A stretch of DNA of 64,000 nt, taken from NCBI GenBank assembly GCA_035996815.1, contig DASYJF010000040.1, forward strand, positions 41,792 to 105,791, written 5' to 3'. A program made the translations under genes and the position numbers. Source of the DNA: Thermoanaerobaculia bacterium (GTDB lineage Bacteria > Acidobacteriota > Thermoanaerobaculia > Gp7-AA8). Below the pieces are notes generated by a model. The model searched no databases. It saw only the letters and a program-made list of their open reading frames with translations, and was not told the origin of the DNA. Positions 30,525 through 39,824 of this stretch are shown piece by piece (positions within the stretch are counted from its first letter, which is position 1; every line of letters begins with the position of its first letter).

Positions 30525-31465
30525 AGGCGTTCGTCTTCGTCGTACTCGCCGCGTTGCCGATGCAGGCCGCGAGACTCTTCGTCACGAGCGAGCGCGCCGG
30601 CACCGTGACGATGATCGATGGCTCCACGATCAAAACCGTCCCAGTCGGCACACGCCCGCGCGGAATCGTCCTCAGTCCCGACGGCAAACGGCTCTACGTA
30701 GCGGTCAGCCACTTCCGCGGACAGTTTTCGAAGACGGCGGACGGAGTGGTCGCACTCGATCCGCGAACGCTGACGGTCATCCGCCGCTACAAAGCGGGAA
30801 CCGATCCCGAGGGCATCGCCATCACGCCCGACGGCAAGCGGTTCTGCGTCGCGAACGAAGATGCAGGAACCGCATCGATCGTCGACATCGGAAGCGGAAG
30901 GAACGTCTCGCTCGTCACGGGAACGGAACCCGAGGGAGTCGCGGCGAGTGATGACGGAACGCTGATCTACGTTACGGCGGAAACGAGCAACACCGTCACG
31001 GTCATCGATCCGAAGAACAACGCAGTCACGGCGAACATCTTCGTCGACGCCCGCCCGCGCGCTGCCGTCTTCGCGCGCGACGGCGTGCGCGCGTATGTCA
31101 GTTCCGAAGTGGGCGGCAGTATCAACGTCATCGATGTGAAGAAGAACCGCGCTGTTGCGCACATCAAGCTGCGGCCGGCCGATCATCCGGTCGGCGTCGT
31201 CCTCTCGCCGGACGGCAAGCGTCTCTATGCGGCGACTGGCCGCGGCAACGCCGTCGCGGTCATCGACACGGCCACGAATCGCGCCGTGCAATACATCGCG
31301 GTCGGAAACCGCCCGTGGGGCATCAACCTCACGCGCGATGGCCGCACGCTCTATACCGCGAATGGATTGTCGAACGACGTATCGGTGATCGATACGGCGT
31401 CCGGCCGTGTCACCGCCACGATCAAAGTGCCGGACGGGCCGTGGGGAATCGCGGTCGCTCGGTAG
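30521..31465 (+). CDS. YVTN-family beta-propeller repeat protein
   Basis: Seven ~40-aa repeats (P.G(I/V)..SPDGK.LYV....N.V.VID). 4-nt overlap with the cytochrome gene. Confidence 0.8.
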   Translation: MKAFVFVVLAALPMQAARLFVTSERAGTVTMIDGSTIKTVPVGTRPRGIVLSPDGKRLYVAVSHFRGQFSKTADGVVALDPRTLTVIRRYKAGTDPEGIAITPDGKRFCVANEDAGTASIVDIGSGRNVSLVTGTEPEGVAASDDGTLIYVTAETSNTVTVIDPKNNAVTANIFVDARPRAAVFARDGVRAYVSSEVGGSINVIDVKKNRAVAHIKLRPADHPVGVVLSPDGKRLYAATGRGNAVAVIDTATNRAVQYIAVGNRPWGINLTRDGRTLYTANGLSNDVSVIDTASGRVTATIKVPDGPWGIAVAR

Positions 31466-31477
31466 TTGAACAGCCGG

Positions 31478-31617
31478 GCTGGCGTCTCGCCGGCTGGCCC
31501 GGCTGCGTCCTCGCTGCCGAATGGGAGGCTTGCACGGGTGTCTCGTTACCAGCGAAATTCGAGGGGTTGGTCAGGTCGGCAGCGAGACGCAGCCGGGCCA
31601 GCCGGCGAGACGCCAGC
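31478..31617. repeat. P-family long palindrome (about 42-bp GC-rich arms, 55-nt conserved centre), copy 1
   Basis: Left arm 31478-31520 is the reverse complement of 31576-31617 with one indel. Homologous to 63901-64000. Confidence 0.85.
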
Positions 31618-31649
31618 GCTCCGTGACGAAGATCGCCGTCGCGCCGTAG

Positions 31650-32165
31650 CTATCCCCACATCCCCGACTTCGCCAGCTTCTGAATCTTCTTCAGGATGCG
31701 GTCCTTTTTGAAGCCGCGAACGTGGTCGATGTACAGACCGCCGTTGAGGTGATCGATTTCGTGGCAGAGCGCGCGGGCCATCAGTCCTTCGCCGCGAAGC
31801 TCGCGCTGCTGTCCGTTGCGGTCGGTGAAGCGGACCTTCACGCGCTCCGGCCGCGTGACGTTTTCGACGAAGTCCGGAATCGAGAGGCAACCCTCTTCCT
31901 CCGTGATCTGCCCTTCCATTTCCACCAACTCGGGATTGATGAAGATGTGCAGGTTGCCCGGCTTCTTGCCGACGCTCAGATCGATCACCGCCAGCCGTTT
32001 GGAGACGCCGACCTGGTTCGCGGCCAACCCGACTCCGGGCGCGGCATACATGGTGTCGACCATGTCGTCGATCAACTTCTGCAGCGCAGCGTCGATGTCG
32101 ACGACCGGTTGCGTCGGATTGCGTAGAACGGGATCGCCGTATTTGACGATGGGAAGAACGGACAA
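31650..32165 (-). CDS. def: Peptide deformylase
   Basis: GVGLAANQ, EGCLS, HEIDHLNG motifs. Confidence 0.92.
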   Translation of the reverse strand: MSVLPIVKYGDPVLRNPTQPVVDIDAALQKLIDDMVDTMYAAPGVGLAANQVGVSKRLAVIDLSVGKKPGNLHIFINPELVEMEGQITEEEGCLSIPDFVENVTRPERVKVRFTDRNGQQRELRGEGLMARALCHEIDHLNGGLYIDHVRGFKKDRILKKIQKLAKSGMWG

Positions 32166-32182
32166 GGTTGTGACTCCTGCGC

Positions 32183-32275
32183 GTGGACTGGAAGTGGATT
32201 AGTAGATTAGTAGATTCGGACGCGTGCTTTCGGTCCTGCTCCGAATCTACTCATCGACTAATCCACTAATCTACT
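32183..32275. repeat. A-family octamer palindrome (AGTRGATT / AATCYACT), copy 1
   Basis: Left arm 32183-32220, loop containing GGACGCGTG, right arm 32240-32275. The TAG of the upstream gene (32271-32273) is inside the arm. Confidence 0.85.
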
Positions 32276-33020
32276 TTCTCTTCAAACTCTCGATCATCGC
32301 CTCGACCGTGTGCTCGGCGCGGCGTTGATAAAAGTCGTTGAGGACGTTGCGGATTCCGGGATACGTCGCCAGCGCGTTGTCGAGTTTTTCCTTGTCGAGA
32401 CGGAGCAGTTCGGTGCGCTGCGACGCGGTGATCGTGGCGGTGCGCGGCTTGCCGGTGAGCATGCTCACTTCGCCGAAGAAATCGCCCTCGCCGAGGCGCG
32501 CGAGATAAAGCGTGGAGCCTCCGGCGCCGTTCGTGAACACCTTCACCTCGCCGCTGGCGATGATGTACATCGACGCGCCGGGCTGCCCTTCGCTGATGAT
32601 GACGCTCCCCTCGTCGTGCGACTCCAACTCCATCTCGCGCACCAGCGCGTCGCGCTCTTCGTCGTTCAGCACTTCGAACAGCGGCGACTTCGGCACAGGA
32701 CGCGTGAACAGCGGATCGCTCTTCCCCGCCGTCGCTTCCTGCGGCGCCGGAGCAGCGATCTGCCCGCGCAGTTTCTCCGCCTTCTTGCCGACGGCGATGG
32801 CCTGCACAGTCAGCCCGTTGTCTTCGTAGTACTTCGCCGTGTGGTCGTACTGCGCGATGGCCTCTTCGTGCTGGCCGGCGCCGGCGAGTGCATCGGCGTA
32901 CTGCAGACGGATGCGTGGATTGGACTGGTACTTGTCGAGATCGCGTTTGAGGAGCGGAACGGCGCGCGCATAGTCGCGCCGCGCGAGAAGCGATGCCCCG
33001 CTTTCGGTTTCGTCAGCCAT
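32271..33020 (-). CDS. TPR plus cyclic-nucleotide-binding domain protein
   Basis: N-terminal TPR-like helices. FGEVSMLTGKPRTATITA cNMP signature. Confidence 0.75.
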   Translation of the reverse strand: MADETESGASLLARRDYARAVPLLKRDLDKYQSNPRIRLQYADALAGAGQHEEAIAQYDHTAKYYEDNGLTVQAIAVGKKAEKLRGQIAAPAPQEATAGKSDPLFTRPVPKSPLFEVLNDEERDALVREMELESHDEGSVIISEGQPGASMYIIASGEVKVFTNGAGGSTLYLARLGEGDFFGEVSMLTGKPRTATITASQRTELLRLDKEKLDNALATYPGIRNVLNDFYQRRAEHTVEAMIESLKRK

Positions 33021-33036
33021 GGAGTGGGATTGTATC

Positions 33037-33115
33037 GGGTGTGGGGGGTTGGGGGTGGGGAGTGGTTAGTGGAAATCGCGACTCAGCGACTGCCACTCCC
33101 CACTCCCGACTCCCC
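33037..33115. repeat. G-family heptamer palindrome between ybgF and the TPR/cNMP gene
   Basis: G arm 33037-33072 (ends GGGGAGTGGTTAGTGG, a hybrid with the T-family unit). C arm 33093-33115 (CCACTCCCCACTCCCGACTCCCC). Confidence 0.8.
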
Positions 33116-33117
33116 GA

Positions 33118-33852
33118 TCAGTACTTCACGCGCTTGAGCTCGAGCTTCGACGACGACGCCGCGGTCGAGTACGGATAGCGGCGGATCACTTCATCGAAGG
33201 TCTTCCGCGCCATGCCGAGGTCGCCGGTTTTTTCGAAGGTCAGTCCGATCTTGAACATGGCGTCGGGCGCTTTGTTCTGTTCGGGATACTCCTTCGTCAC
33301 GCGCTCGTAGGCGCGCATCGCGTTCGTGAAATCGGAGGCGGCGTAGTACGTCTCGCCAATCCAGTAGAGCGCGTTGTCGGCAAGCTCGCCGGAGGGATCG
33401 GCATCGAAGACCTGCTGGAGTGCGGCGCGCGCGTCGGCCATGCGTCCTTTGCCGAAGAGGATGAGCGCGCCGCGATAGCTGTCGGCGATCGCGGCGTTCT
33501 GTAGTGGTCCGCTCACCGGTGTCGACGTCGCGCGAGTTGGAGCTGGCGCCGGCTCCAACGCCGGACGCGGCGCAGGTTCGACGACTCGCGGCGGCGTTTG
33601 CACCGCGACCCGCGTCTCGGCTTGCGGCGCTGCTTCGAGCCGGGCGATGCGCGCGTTGAGCACATCGATCCGTTCCAGCAGTTCCGTCATCGACGTCTGC
33701 ATCTCCGCGAGACGCGCATCCGAGGCAGCATTCGTCGCCGACGAAATCTCCGGCGGCGGTACCAGCGACGGCACGTCGTTCTCGTCGGTCTTCTTCGTGG
33801 CGCAAGCCGTCACGAAGAGCAGGAGAACGATGGCTGCTCCGTACTTTTTCAT
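33118..33852 (-). CDS. ybgF: Tol-Pal system protein YbgF (CpoB)-like lipoprotein
   Basis: Lipobox LFVTAC, coiled-coil segment, C-terminal TPR block (ALYWIGETYY...KIGLTFEKTGD). Confidence 0.75.
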   Translation of the reverse strand: MKKYGAAIVLLLFVTACATKKTDENDVPSLVPPPEISSATNAASDARLAEMQTSMTELLERIDVLNARIARLEAAPQAETRVAVQTPPRVVEPAPRPALEPAPAPTRATSTPVSGPLQNAAIADSYRGALILFGKGRMADARAALQQVFDADPSGELADNALYWIGETYYAASDFTNAMRAYERVTKEYPEQNKAPDAMFKIGLTFEKTGDLGMARKTFDEVIRRYPYSTAASSSKLELKRVKY

Positions 33853-34673
33853 GCTGTCTTCATCGTCCCGAGTTTCTGTTTCGCCTTGCTCGCGTAGGGA
33901 CTCTGCGGAAACTCCGTCACGACGCGGTCGAAGTAAAGCCGCGCCTCGGCCGTCCGTCCGAGTCCCGACAACGCCGTGCGCAGGTCGAAGAAGACACTGT
34001 CGCGCTCGCGGTAGTTCGGATACAGCTCAACGATTCCATTCAGCCGCTGCACGGCCGCGTTGTAGCTGCGCCGCTTGATGTAGTAGCGGGCGATGATCTG
34101 ATCGTGCTTCGCCAGACGGTCGAGCACATCCTGATACCGCTTGTCGATCTCCGGACGGAGCGCGCTGCGCGGATAGGTCTTCAGCACGTCGTTGAACTTG
34201 TCCAGCGCCTCGCGCGTCTTCTGCTGATCGCGGTCAGGGCGCTCCATCTGCTTGAACGAGCACATGGCGATCTGCAGCATCGCGTAGTCGGCGCGGTCGC
34301 TGCCGGGATAGCGGTTGATGAAATCGCGGTACTTGTACTGCGCCTCGACGAGATTCACCGCGTCGCCCTGCTCGTAGTACGCGTCCGCGACGCGGAGCAA
34401 CGCGCGCCGGCCGAGGGGATCGTTCGGGTACGTCTCGTAGACGTGGGAGTAGTACTGGCGCGCCTTCGCGTACTTCTTCTTCGCGAACTGATCCTCGCCG
34501 AGCTGGAAGACCTGTTCTTTACTCATCTTCATCAGCGATGGATCGAAACTCGTGCGCAGCGACGAGCGCGTGGCGCTGCTGCTGCCCGCGGCGTCTGACT
34601 TGCCGCGGAACGTATGCCGGCAGCCGGCAAGCGCGATCGCGAGCACCGCGATCAGGGTCAATGTCTTTTTCAA
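33849..34673 (-). CDS. bamD: Outer-membrane protein assembly factor BamD
   Basis: Lipobox ALAGC, TPR-like BamD/YfiO architecture, 4-nt overlap with ybgF. Confidence 0.8.
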   Translation of the reverse strand: MKKTLTLIAVLAIALAGCRHTFRGKSDAAGSSSATRSSLRTSFDPSLMKMSKEQVFQLGEDQFAKKKYAKARQYYSHVYETYPNDPLGRRALLRVADAYYEQGDAVNLVEAQYKYRDFINRYPGSDRADYAMLQIAMCSFKQMERPDRDQQKTREALDKFNDVLKTYPRSALRPEIDKRYQDVLDRLAKHDQIIARYYIKRRSYNAAVQRLNGIVELYPNYRERDSVFFDLRTALSGLGRTAEARLYFDRVVTEFPQSPYASKAKQKLGTMKTA

Positions 34674-34689
34674 AATTCCTCCGGTGAAG

Positions 34690-34821
34690 CAGTGGACTAG
34701 TAGGTTAGTGGATTTAGTGGATTAGGACGCGTGGTGTCCACTCATCTACTGATCGCAACCCGCTGATCTGCCTCATCCACTGATCTACTAATCCACTCAT
34801 CTACTAGTCGACTAATCCACT
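34690..34821. repeat. A-family octamer palindrome, copy 2 (right arm expanded to about 10 units)
   Basis: Left arm 34690-34727 (AGTGGACTAGTAGGTTAGTGGATTTAGTGGATT), loop GGACGCGTGGTGTCC, right arm 34737-34821. The rpe TAG (34820-34822) is at the arm end. Confidence 0.85.
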
Positions 34822-35488
34822 ACGTTTTCATCACAACGCTACTTCGGATCGCTTCCATTGCCGCTTTGCGGTCGGGCTGTCCGAAGACGGCCGATCCGGC
34901 CACGAGGATGCGCGCGCCGGCCGCAACTACCAGCGGCGCCGTGGCCGCGTCGATGCCGCCGTCGACTTCGATGTCGACCGCGCCCCCCCCCTCTCTGATC
35001 ATCTGCGCTATATGACGGATCTTGCCCACAACAGGTTCGATGAACTTCTGTCCGCCGAAGCCGGGGTTGACCGTCATCACCAGCACAAAGTCGCAGAACT
35101 CGATGGCCGTGGTCAGCGATTCCGCCGGCGTGGCGGGGTTGATGGCGATGCCCGCCTTCGCGCCGCCGTGGCGGATCATCTGCAACGCGCGCTGCAGATG
35201 TGGCTCGGCTTCCTGATGGATCGAGATCATGTCCGCGCCGGCTTCGATGAACGCGTCGATGTATCGCTGCGGCTCGGAAATCATCAGGTGACAGTCGAAC
35301 GTCAGCTTCGTCTGCGCACGGCACGACTTCACGATGGCAGGACCGATGGTCAGGTTCGGAACGAAATGCCCGTCCATGACGTCGAGATGGACGAGGTCCG
35401 CGCCGCCGGCTTCGATGTCGCGTAGTTCGTCGCCGAGCCGCGAGAAATCAGCCGAGAGGAGCGACGGCGCGATCTGAACTTTCGTCAT
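34820..35488 (-). CDS. rpe: Ribulose-phosphate 3-epimerase
   Basis: Typical rpe sequence (PSLLSADF, HLDVMDGHFVPN, MTVNPGFGGQKF). Confidence 0.92.
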   Translation of the reverse strand: MTKVQIAPSLLSADFSRLGDELRDIEAGGADLVHLDVMDGHFVPNLTIGPAIVKSCRAQTKLTFDCHLMISEPQRYIDAFIEAGADMISIHQEAEPHLQRALQMIRHGGAKAGIAINPATPAESLTTAIEFCDFVLVMTVNPGFGGQKFIEPVVGKIRHIAQMIREGGGAVDIEVDGGIDAATAPLVVAAGARILVAGSAVFGQPDRKAAMEAIRSSVVMKT

Positions 35489-36270
35489 TGAGTAGTGGTG
35501 GCCGCGACCGCCGCGGGACCTTCGATGATGCCGCCCTCGGCCTGACGGCTAACGACGACCGTGATCGGGTCGCGGCCGCTGACCGGCGCGCCGCGCAGCG
35601 GAAACTGGCGAATGATAATGCCGTCGGCAATGCCCGGATACGACTCGAACTTCACGTTCGAGACGGCCAGCCCGCGGCTTTCCAGCGCAGGCCGGACGGT
35701 GTCGAGCGGGCGATCGATCAGGTCAGGCATCACGTACGGCAACGGAGGCAGTTGTTCGCCGACGAGCAGCGAGATCTCCTTCTGCGCCGCGACGACCGTC
35801 CCCTTCGGTGGCTCCTCGGAGATGATCCCCTGCTGCAGCGCACTCTCAACGCGCGCCACGCTGCCGAGCTTCAGGTTCTGCTGGCTGAGCCGGAGCAACG
35901 CCGTGCGCGCTGACTGGCCGTTGAGATCGGGCACCTGCAGAACCAGCGGTCCGGCGCTCAGCTCGACGTGAATGTCCGTGCCGCGCTTGACGAGATTCGT
36001 CGCACCGGGCGTTCGGTTCTGCCAGACCACGTTGCCGGTGGCGATCTTGTCCGAATTGCGCGTGCCCGCATCGACGACGAGACTGACGCCGAGGTCCGAG
36101 CAGATTGCCTTGGCGTTGGCGAGAGGGCGCCCAATCAGATTCGGCGTCGAAACCGATCGCCCTCGTATGAAAAAGTTGAAGCAGACGTAGGTGCTGACGC
36201 CGAAGACGAGGACGACGAGCGCGGCGAAGAGGATGTTGTCCAGCCAGCCGCGTTTGTTTGTCTCACTCAT
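35485..36270 (-). CDS. Stand-alone membrane-anchored PASTA-domain protein
   Basis: N-terminal TM helix followed by three PASTA-like ~65-aa repeats. ATGA overlaps with lon upstream and rpe downstream. Confidence 0.7.
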   Translation of the reverse strand: MSETNKRGWLDNILFAALVVLVFGVSTYVCFNFFIRGRSVSTPNLIGRPLANAKAICSDLGVSLVVDAGTRNSDKIATGNVVWQNRTPGATNLVKRGTDIHVELSAGPLVLQVPDLNGQSARTALLRLSQQNLKLGSVARVESALQQGIISEEPPKGTVVAAQKEISLLVGEQLPPLPYVMPDLIDRPLDTVRPALESRGLAVSNVKFESYPGIADGIIIRQFPLRGAPVSGRDPITVVVSRQAEGGIIEGPAAVAATTTQ

Positions 36271-38729
36271 CGTTGTTCTAGCCGGTCGCTCGTCGGAGGA
36301 TCGATTTTGTTCTCAGCGTCGTCCTGCTTGCGGGCGATGGGATGGGCCACGACGCCCGGAATGAGGGTTTCTTTCCAGACGGTTTCGACGCGCTCGGCGA
36401 AGATGAAATTCAGACCTTTCTTCACTTCCTCCGGCACCTCGGTGAGATCCTTGCGATTCCCTTCCGGCAGCACCACGGTCTTGATGTTCGCCCGTTGCGC
36501 CGCCATCACCTTTTCTTTGACTCCGCCGACGGAGAGCACTTTACCGCGAAGGGTGATCTCGCCGGTCATGGCCACGTCGTGTCGCACCGGGCGGTCTCCC
36601 ATCACCGAGGCGATGCAAGTGGCGATGGCGACGCCAGCGGAAGGTCCATCTTTCGGAATCGCGCCGGCCGGGAAATGGATGTGGATATCGTTCTCGGTGA
36701 ACTTCTTGTCGTCGATATCGAGGTCCTTCGCCTTCGACCGCACGTACGAATACGCGGCGGTGACCGACTCGCGCATGACGTCGCCGAGCTGACCGGTGAC
36801 GGTGGTGCGTCCGCTGCCCGCCATGCGCGTGGCCTCGATGAACATGATCTCGCCGCCGAACTGCGTCCACGCCAATCCCGTCGTGACGCCGACCTCGGGA
36901 TGCCGCTCCGCAAATTCGTGCTCGTACGACGGCAGGCCGAGGTATGCCTCGATCTCGGGAGTCTCCACCGTGTAGGAAGCCTCTTCCGATCCGCTGGCCA
37001 CTTTGCGGGCGATCTTCCGAAGAATCGTGGCCAGCTTGCGCTCCAGGTTGCGCACACCCGCCTCGGCGGTGTAGTCGCGGATGACCATCAGCAGCGCGTC
37101 ATCATTGAACGTCACGTGAGAGGCAGTGAGGCCGTGATTTTCGAGCAGCTCCGGGATCAGATGCTTCTTCGCGATCTCCAGCTTCTCCCGCTCCGTGTAG
37201 CCGGAGAGCCGGATCACTTCCATCCGATCGCGCAACGGGCTCGGAATCGTGTCGAGCATGTTCGCTGTGCTGATGAAGAGCGTGTGCGAGAGATCGAACG
37301 GAATCTCGAGGTAGCGGTCGACGAAGGCGACGTTCTGCTTCGGATCCATCACCTCGAGAAGTGCCGAAGCGGGATCGCCGCGGTAGTCCTTCCCGATCTT
37401 GTCGATCTCGTCGATCATGATCAGCGGGTTGTTGACGCCGACCTGGATGTAACTCTGGATCAACTTCCCGGGCATCGCGCCGATATAGGTCTTGCGATGC
37501 CCGCGGATTTCCGATTCGTCGGTGACGCCGCCGACGGCCATGCGCACGAACTTGCGCCCGAGCGCGTCCGCGATGGCCGCGCCGAGCGAGGTCTTGCCGA
37601 CGCCGGGCGGTCCGACGAAGCAGAGGATCGGACCTTTCAGATCGCCCTTGAGCTTGAGCACGGCCAGAAACTCCAACACGCGCTCTTTGACCTTCTCCAA
37701 CCCGTGATGGCGCTCTTCGAGAATCTCCTCGGCGCGCACGAGGTCGAGCCGGTCCTCAGTCTTCTCCGCCCACGGAATCTGAAAAACGGTATCGAGATGA
37801 CCCTTGATGACGGAGTAGTCGCTCGATGAGGGCGACAGTTGCCCGAACCGGTTCACCTCGCGCCGCAGCGTCTGTTTGTGCTCCTCGGCGATCGGAAGCG
37901 TTTCGACCCGATCGCGATACGTATCGGCTTCGCGCTCCGAGCTGTTCGTGTCGCCCAACTCGTCCTGAATGACGCGAAGCTGTTCGCGAAGATACGTCTC
38001 ACGTTCGCGGCGATCGATCGAGGTCTGAATTGTGCGCTGCAGTTCCTTGTCGAAGGTGGCCTTGCCGAGGTCGCGCTGAATCCAGTCGATGAGCAGTTCG
38101 AGACGCTCGACAGGGTTGACGGTTTCGAGCAGCAACTGCTTCTCTTCGAGTGGAAAGTTGACGAACGAGGAGAGCAGGTCGGCGAAGGTATCCGGCCCCT
38201 CGCTCATGTTCATCCGCAGAATGTTCAGCAGTTCGTTCGAATACTTGGAATCGCTCTCGACCAGCTTCTCGAAGAGCGACATGGCCTTGTTCATGAGGTT
38301 TTCGGTCTTGACGCTCTTCGGAATCGAGCGCGGCGCGATCTCGCGCAGCATCCCTTCGAAGTACGGCTCGGTCTGCAGCATCTGCACGAGCTCGACGCGC
38401 CGCCGTCCCTGCAAAAAGACCTGGTAACGATCGGATGACAGCGGAAGGCGCTGCACGATCGCGGCGAGCACACCGATCGGCGAAAGATCCTCGGCGCGCG
38501 GATTTTCTTTGTCGCCGCTCTTCTGGCAGAACGCGGCGATCAGGTTCTGGTCGTCGCCGAGGCTCTTGAGCAGCCGCACGTTGCGATCGATGCCGACCTG
38601 CAGCGAGAGCACGCCGTTCGGGAAGAGAACCGACGAGACGAGCGGGATGATCGGGAGGCTCTTCGGGACGTCCTCGTCCATCCACTCGGATGCGCTGGGA
38701 TTCGGCGGCTTTCGGTTGATGGTGGCCAT
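36267..38729 (-). CDS. lon: ATP-dependent Lon protease
   Basis: LON N-domain, Walker A GPPGVGKTS, catalytic PKDGPSAG, 820 aa. Confidence 0.95.
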   Translation of the reverse strand: MATINRKPPNPSASEWMDEDVPKSLPIIPLVSSVLFPNGVLSLQVGIDRNVRLLKSLGDDQNLIAAFCQKSGDKENPRAEDLSPIGVLAAIVQRLPLSSDRYQVFLQGRRRVELVQMLQTEPYFEGMLREIAPRSIPKSVKTENLMNKAMSLFEKLVESDSKYSNELLNILRMNMSEGPDTFADLLSSFVNFPLEEKQLLLETVNPVERLELLIDWIQRDLGKATFDKELQRTIQTSIDRRERETYLREQLRVIQDELGDTNSSEREADTYRDRVETLPIAEEHKQTLRREVNRFGQLSPSSSDYSVIKGHLDTVFQIPWAEKTEDRLDLVRAEEILEERHHGLEKVKERVLEFLAVLKLKGDLKGPILCFVGPPGVGKTSLGAAIADALGRKFVRMAVGGVTDESEIRGHRKTYIGAMPGKLIQSYIQVGVNNPLIMIDEIDKIGKDYRGDPASALLEVMDPKQNVAFVDRYLEIPFDLSHTLFISTANMLDTIPSPLRDRMEVIRLSGYTEREKLEIAKKHLIPELLENHGLTASHVTFNDDALLMVIRDYTAEAGVRNLERKLATILRKIARKVASGSEEASYTVETPEIEAYLGLPSYEHEFAERHPEVGVTTGLAWTQFGGEIMFIEATRMAGSGRTTVTGQLGDVMRESVTAAYSYVRSKAKDLDIDDKKFTENDIHIHFPAGAIPKDGPSAGVAIATCIASVMGDRPVRHDVAMTGEITLRGKVLSVGGVKEKVMAAQRANIKTVVLPEGNRKDLTEVPEEVKKGLNFIFAERVETVWKETLIPGVVAHPIARKQDDAENKIDPPTSDRLEQR

Positions 38730-38840
38730 TTGGAGTTCACGGGGGTGAGCTACACTTCCGTGCTCATCCTCACCGGCACGCGAATTGTAGGAAAAAGACA
38801 GACAGGTTGATCAATCATTTCTGAGACTACTGCAAACTCG

Positions 38841-39821
38841 ATGAACGATACGGCCACGGTGCAGATCCTCGCGGATCCAACCATCAAGCGAGCCGATCTG
38901 CACTGCCACAGCCGTTATTCGGTGTTCAAGTACTTCCGCCGCGCGAACACACGCGACTGCTACAACAACCCCGAGGACGTCTACCGCATCGCCAAGGAGC
39001 GGGGGATGTCGTACGTGACGCTCACCGATCACGACTCGATCGACGGCGCACTGTACCTTCTCAACAAGTACCCCGACATGACCGATTTCTTCATCGGAGA
39101 AGAGGTCGAGACGTTTTTTCCCGAGACCGGCCAGCGTATCCACGTCGGCGTCTGGGGCTTGAACGAAGCGCAGCATCGCGAGATCCAGCGGCTGCGTCCG
39201 AACATCCGCGAGATGGTGCCGTACATGAAATCGCAGCGGATGATTTTCGGGGTCAACCACCTCTTCCAGAACTATCGGATGAAAAACGTGGCCGCGCACT
39301 ACATCGCCGAGCTCCTGGAGATGTTCGACATCTTCGAGGCGATGAACGGCGCGATGGCGTCGTTCCACAACAAGATGGTGCAGCAGCTCGTGACCACCGT
39401 GGAGAAGGGCGGCCGGCACGCCTCGATGATCGGCGGCTCGGACGCGCACACGCTCAAGCACGTTGCCAAGGTACACACGGTCTCGAAAGGCGAGACGACG
39501 ACGGAGTTTCTGGAGAACATCCGCAGCGGCGACTGCTTCGCCTGGGGCAGCGAGATGCGCTTCCGCGAGCTGATCGCCGACATCTACCTGTTGACCATCG
39601 CCTACAACGGCCAGGCCCGCGCCGACCTGATGTCGCAGGACTACAGCGTGGCCGACAAAACGATGCAGCTCGCGGGACGCCTGGCCTCGATCCCCGCCGC
39701 CATCTCCGGCTTACCGGCCGCAATCACGTCGCTCAACTATCTCAAACAGATCGTGGTGACGAAAGGGATCTCGATGCGGTTCGAGAAGCTCGTCGAGAAA
39801 ATCCAGCCTGGGCTGAAGTAG
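38841..39821 (+). CDS. PHP-domain metal-dependent phosphoesterase
   Basis: ADLHCHSRYS and TDHDSIDG motifs. Confidence 0.75.
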   Translation: MNDTATVQILADPTIKRADLHCHSRYSVFKYFRRANTRDCYNNPEDVYRIAKERGMSYVTLTDHDSIDGALYLLNKYPDMTDFFIGEEVETFFPETGQRIHVGVWGLNEAQHREIQRLRPNIREMVPYMKSQRMIFGVNHLFQNYRMKNVAAHYIAELLEMFDIFEAMNGAMASFHNKMVQQLVTTVEKGGRHASMIGGSDAHTLKHVAKVHTVSKGETTTEFLENIRSGDCFAWGSEMRFRELIADIYLLTIAYNGQARADLMSQDYSVADKTMQLAGRLASIPAAISGLPAAITSLNYLKQIVVTKGISMRFEKLVEKIQPGLK

Positions 39822-39824
39822 GTT

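Noticed and set aside
31466-31711. 81-aa ORF inside the P-family palindrome
   Set aside because: The sequence is the palindrome arms read through, and it overlaps the def 3' end.
38730-38840. CIRCE/HrcA operator or sigma32 promoter upstream of lon
   Set aside because: There is an inverted repeat TGAGC-N12-GCTCA, but it does not match TTAGCACTC-N9-GAGTGCTAA. I could not align a CTTGAAA/CCCCAT pair.
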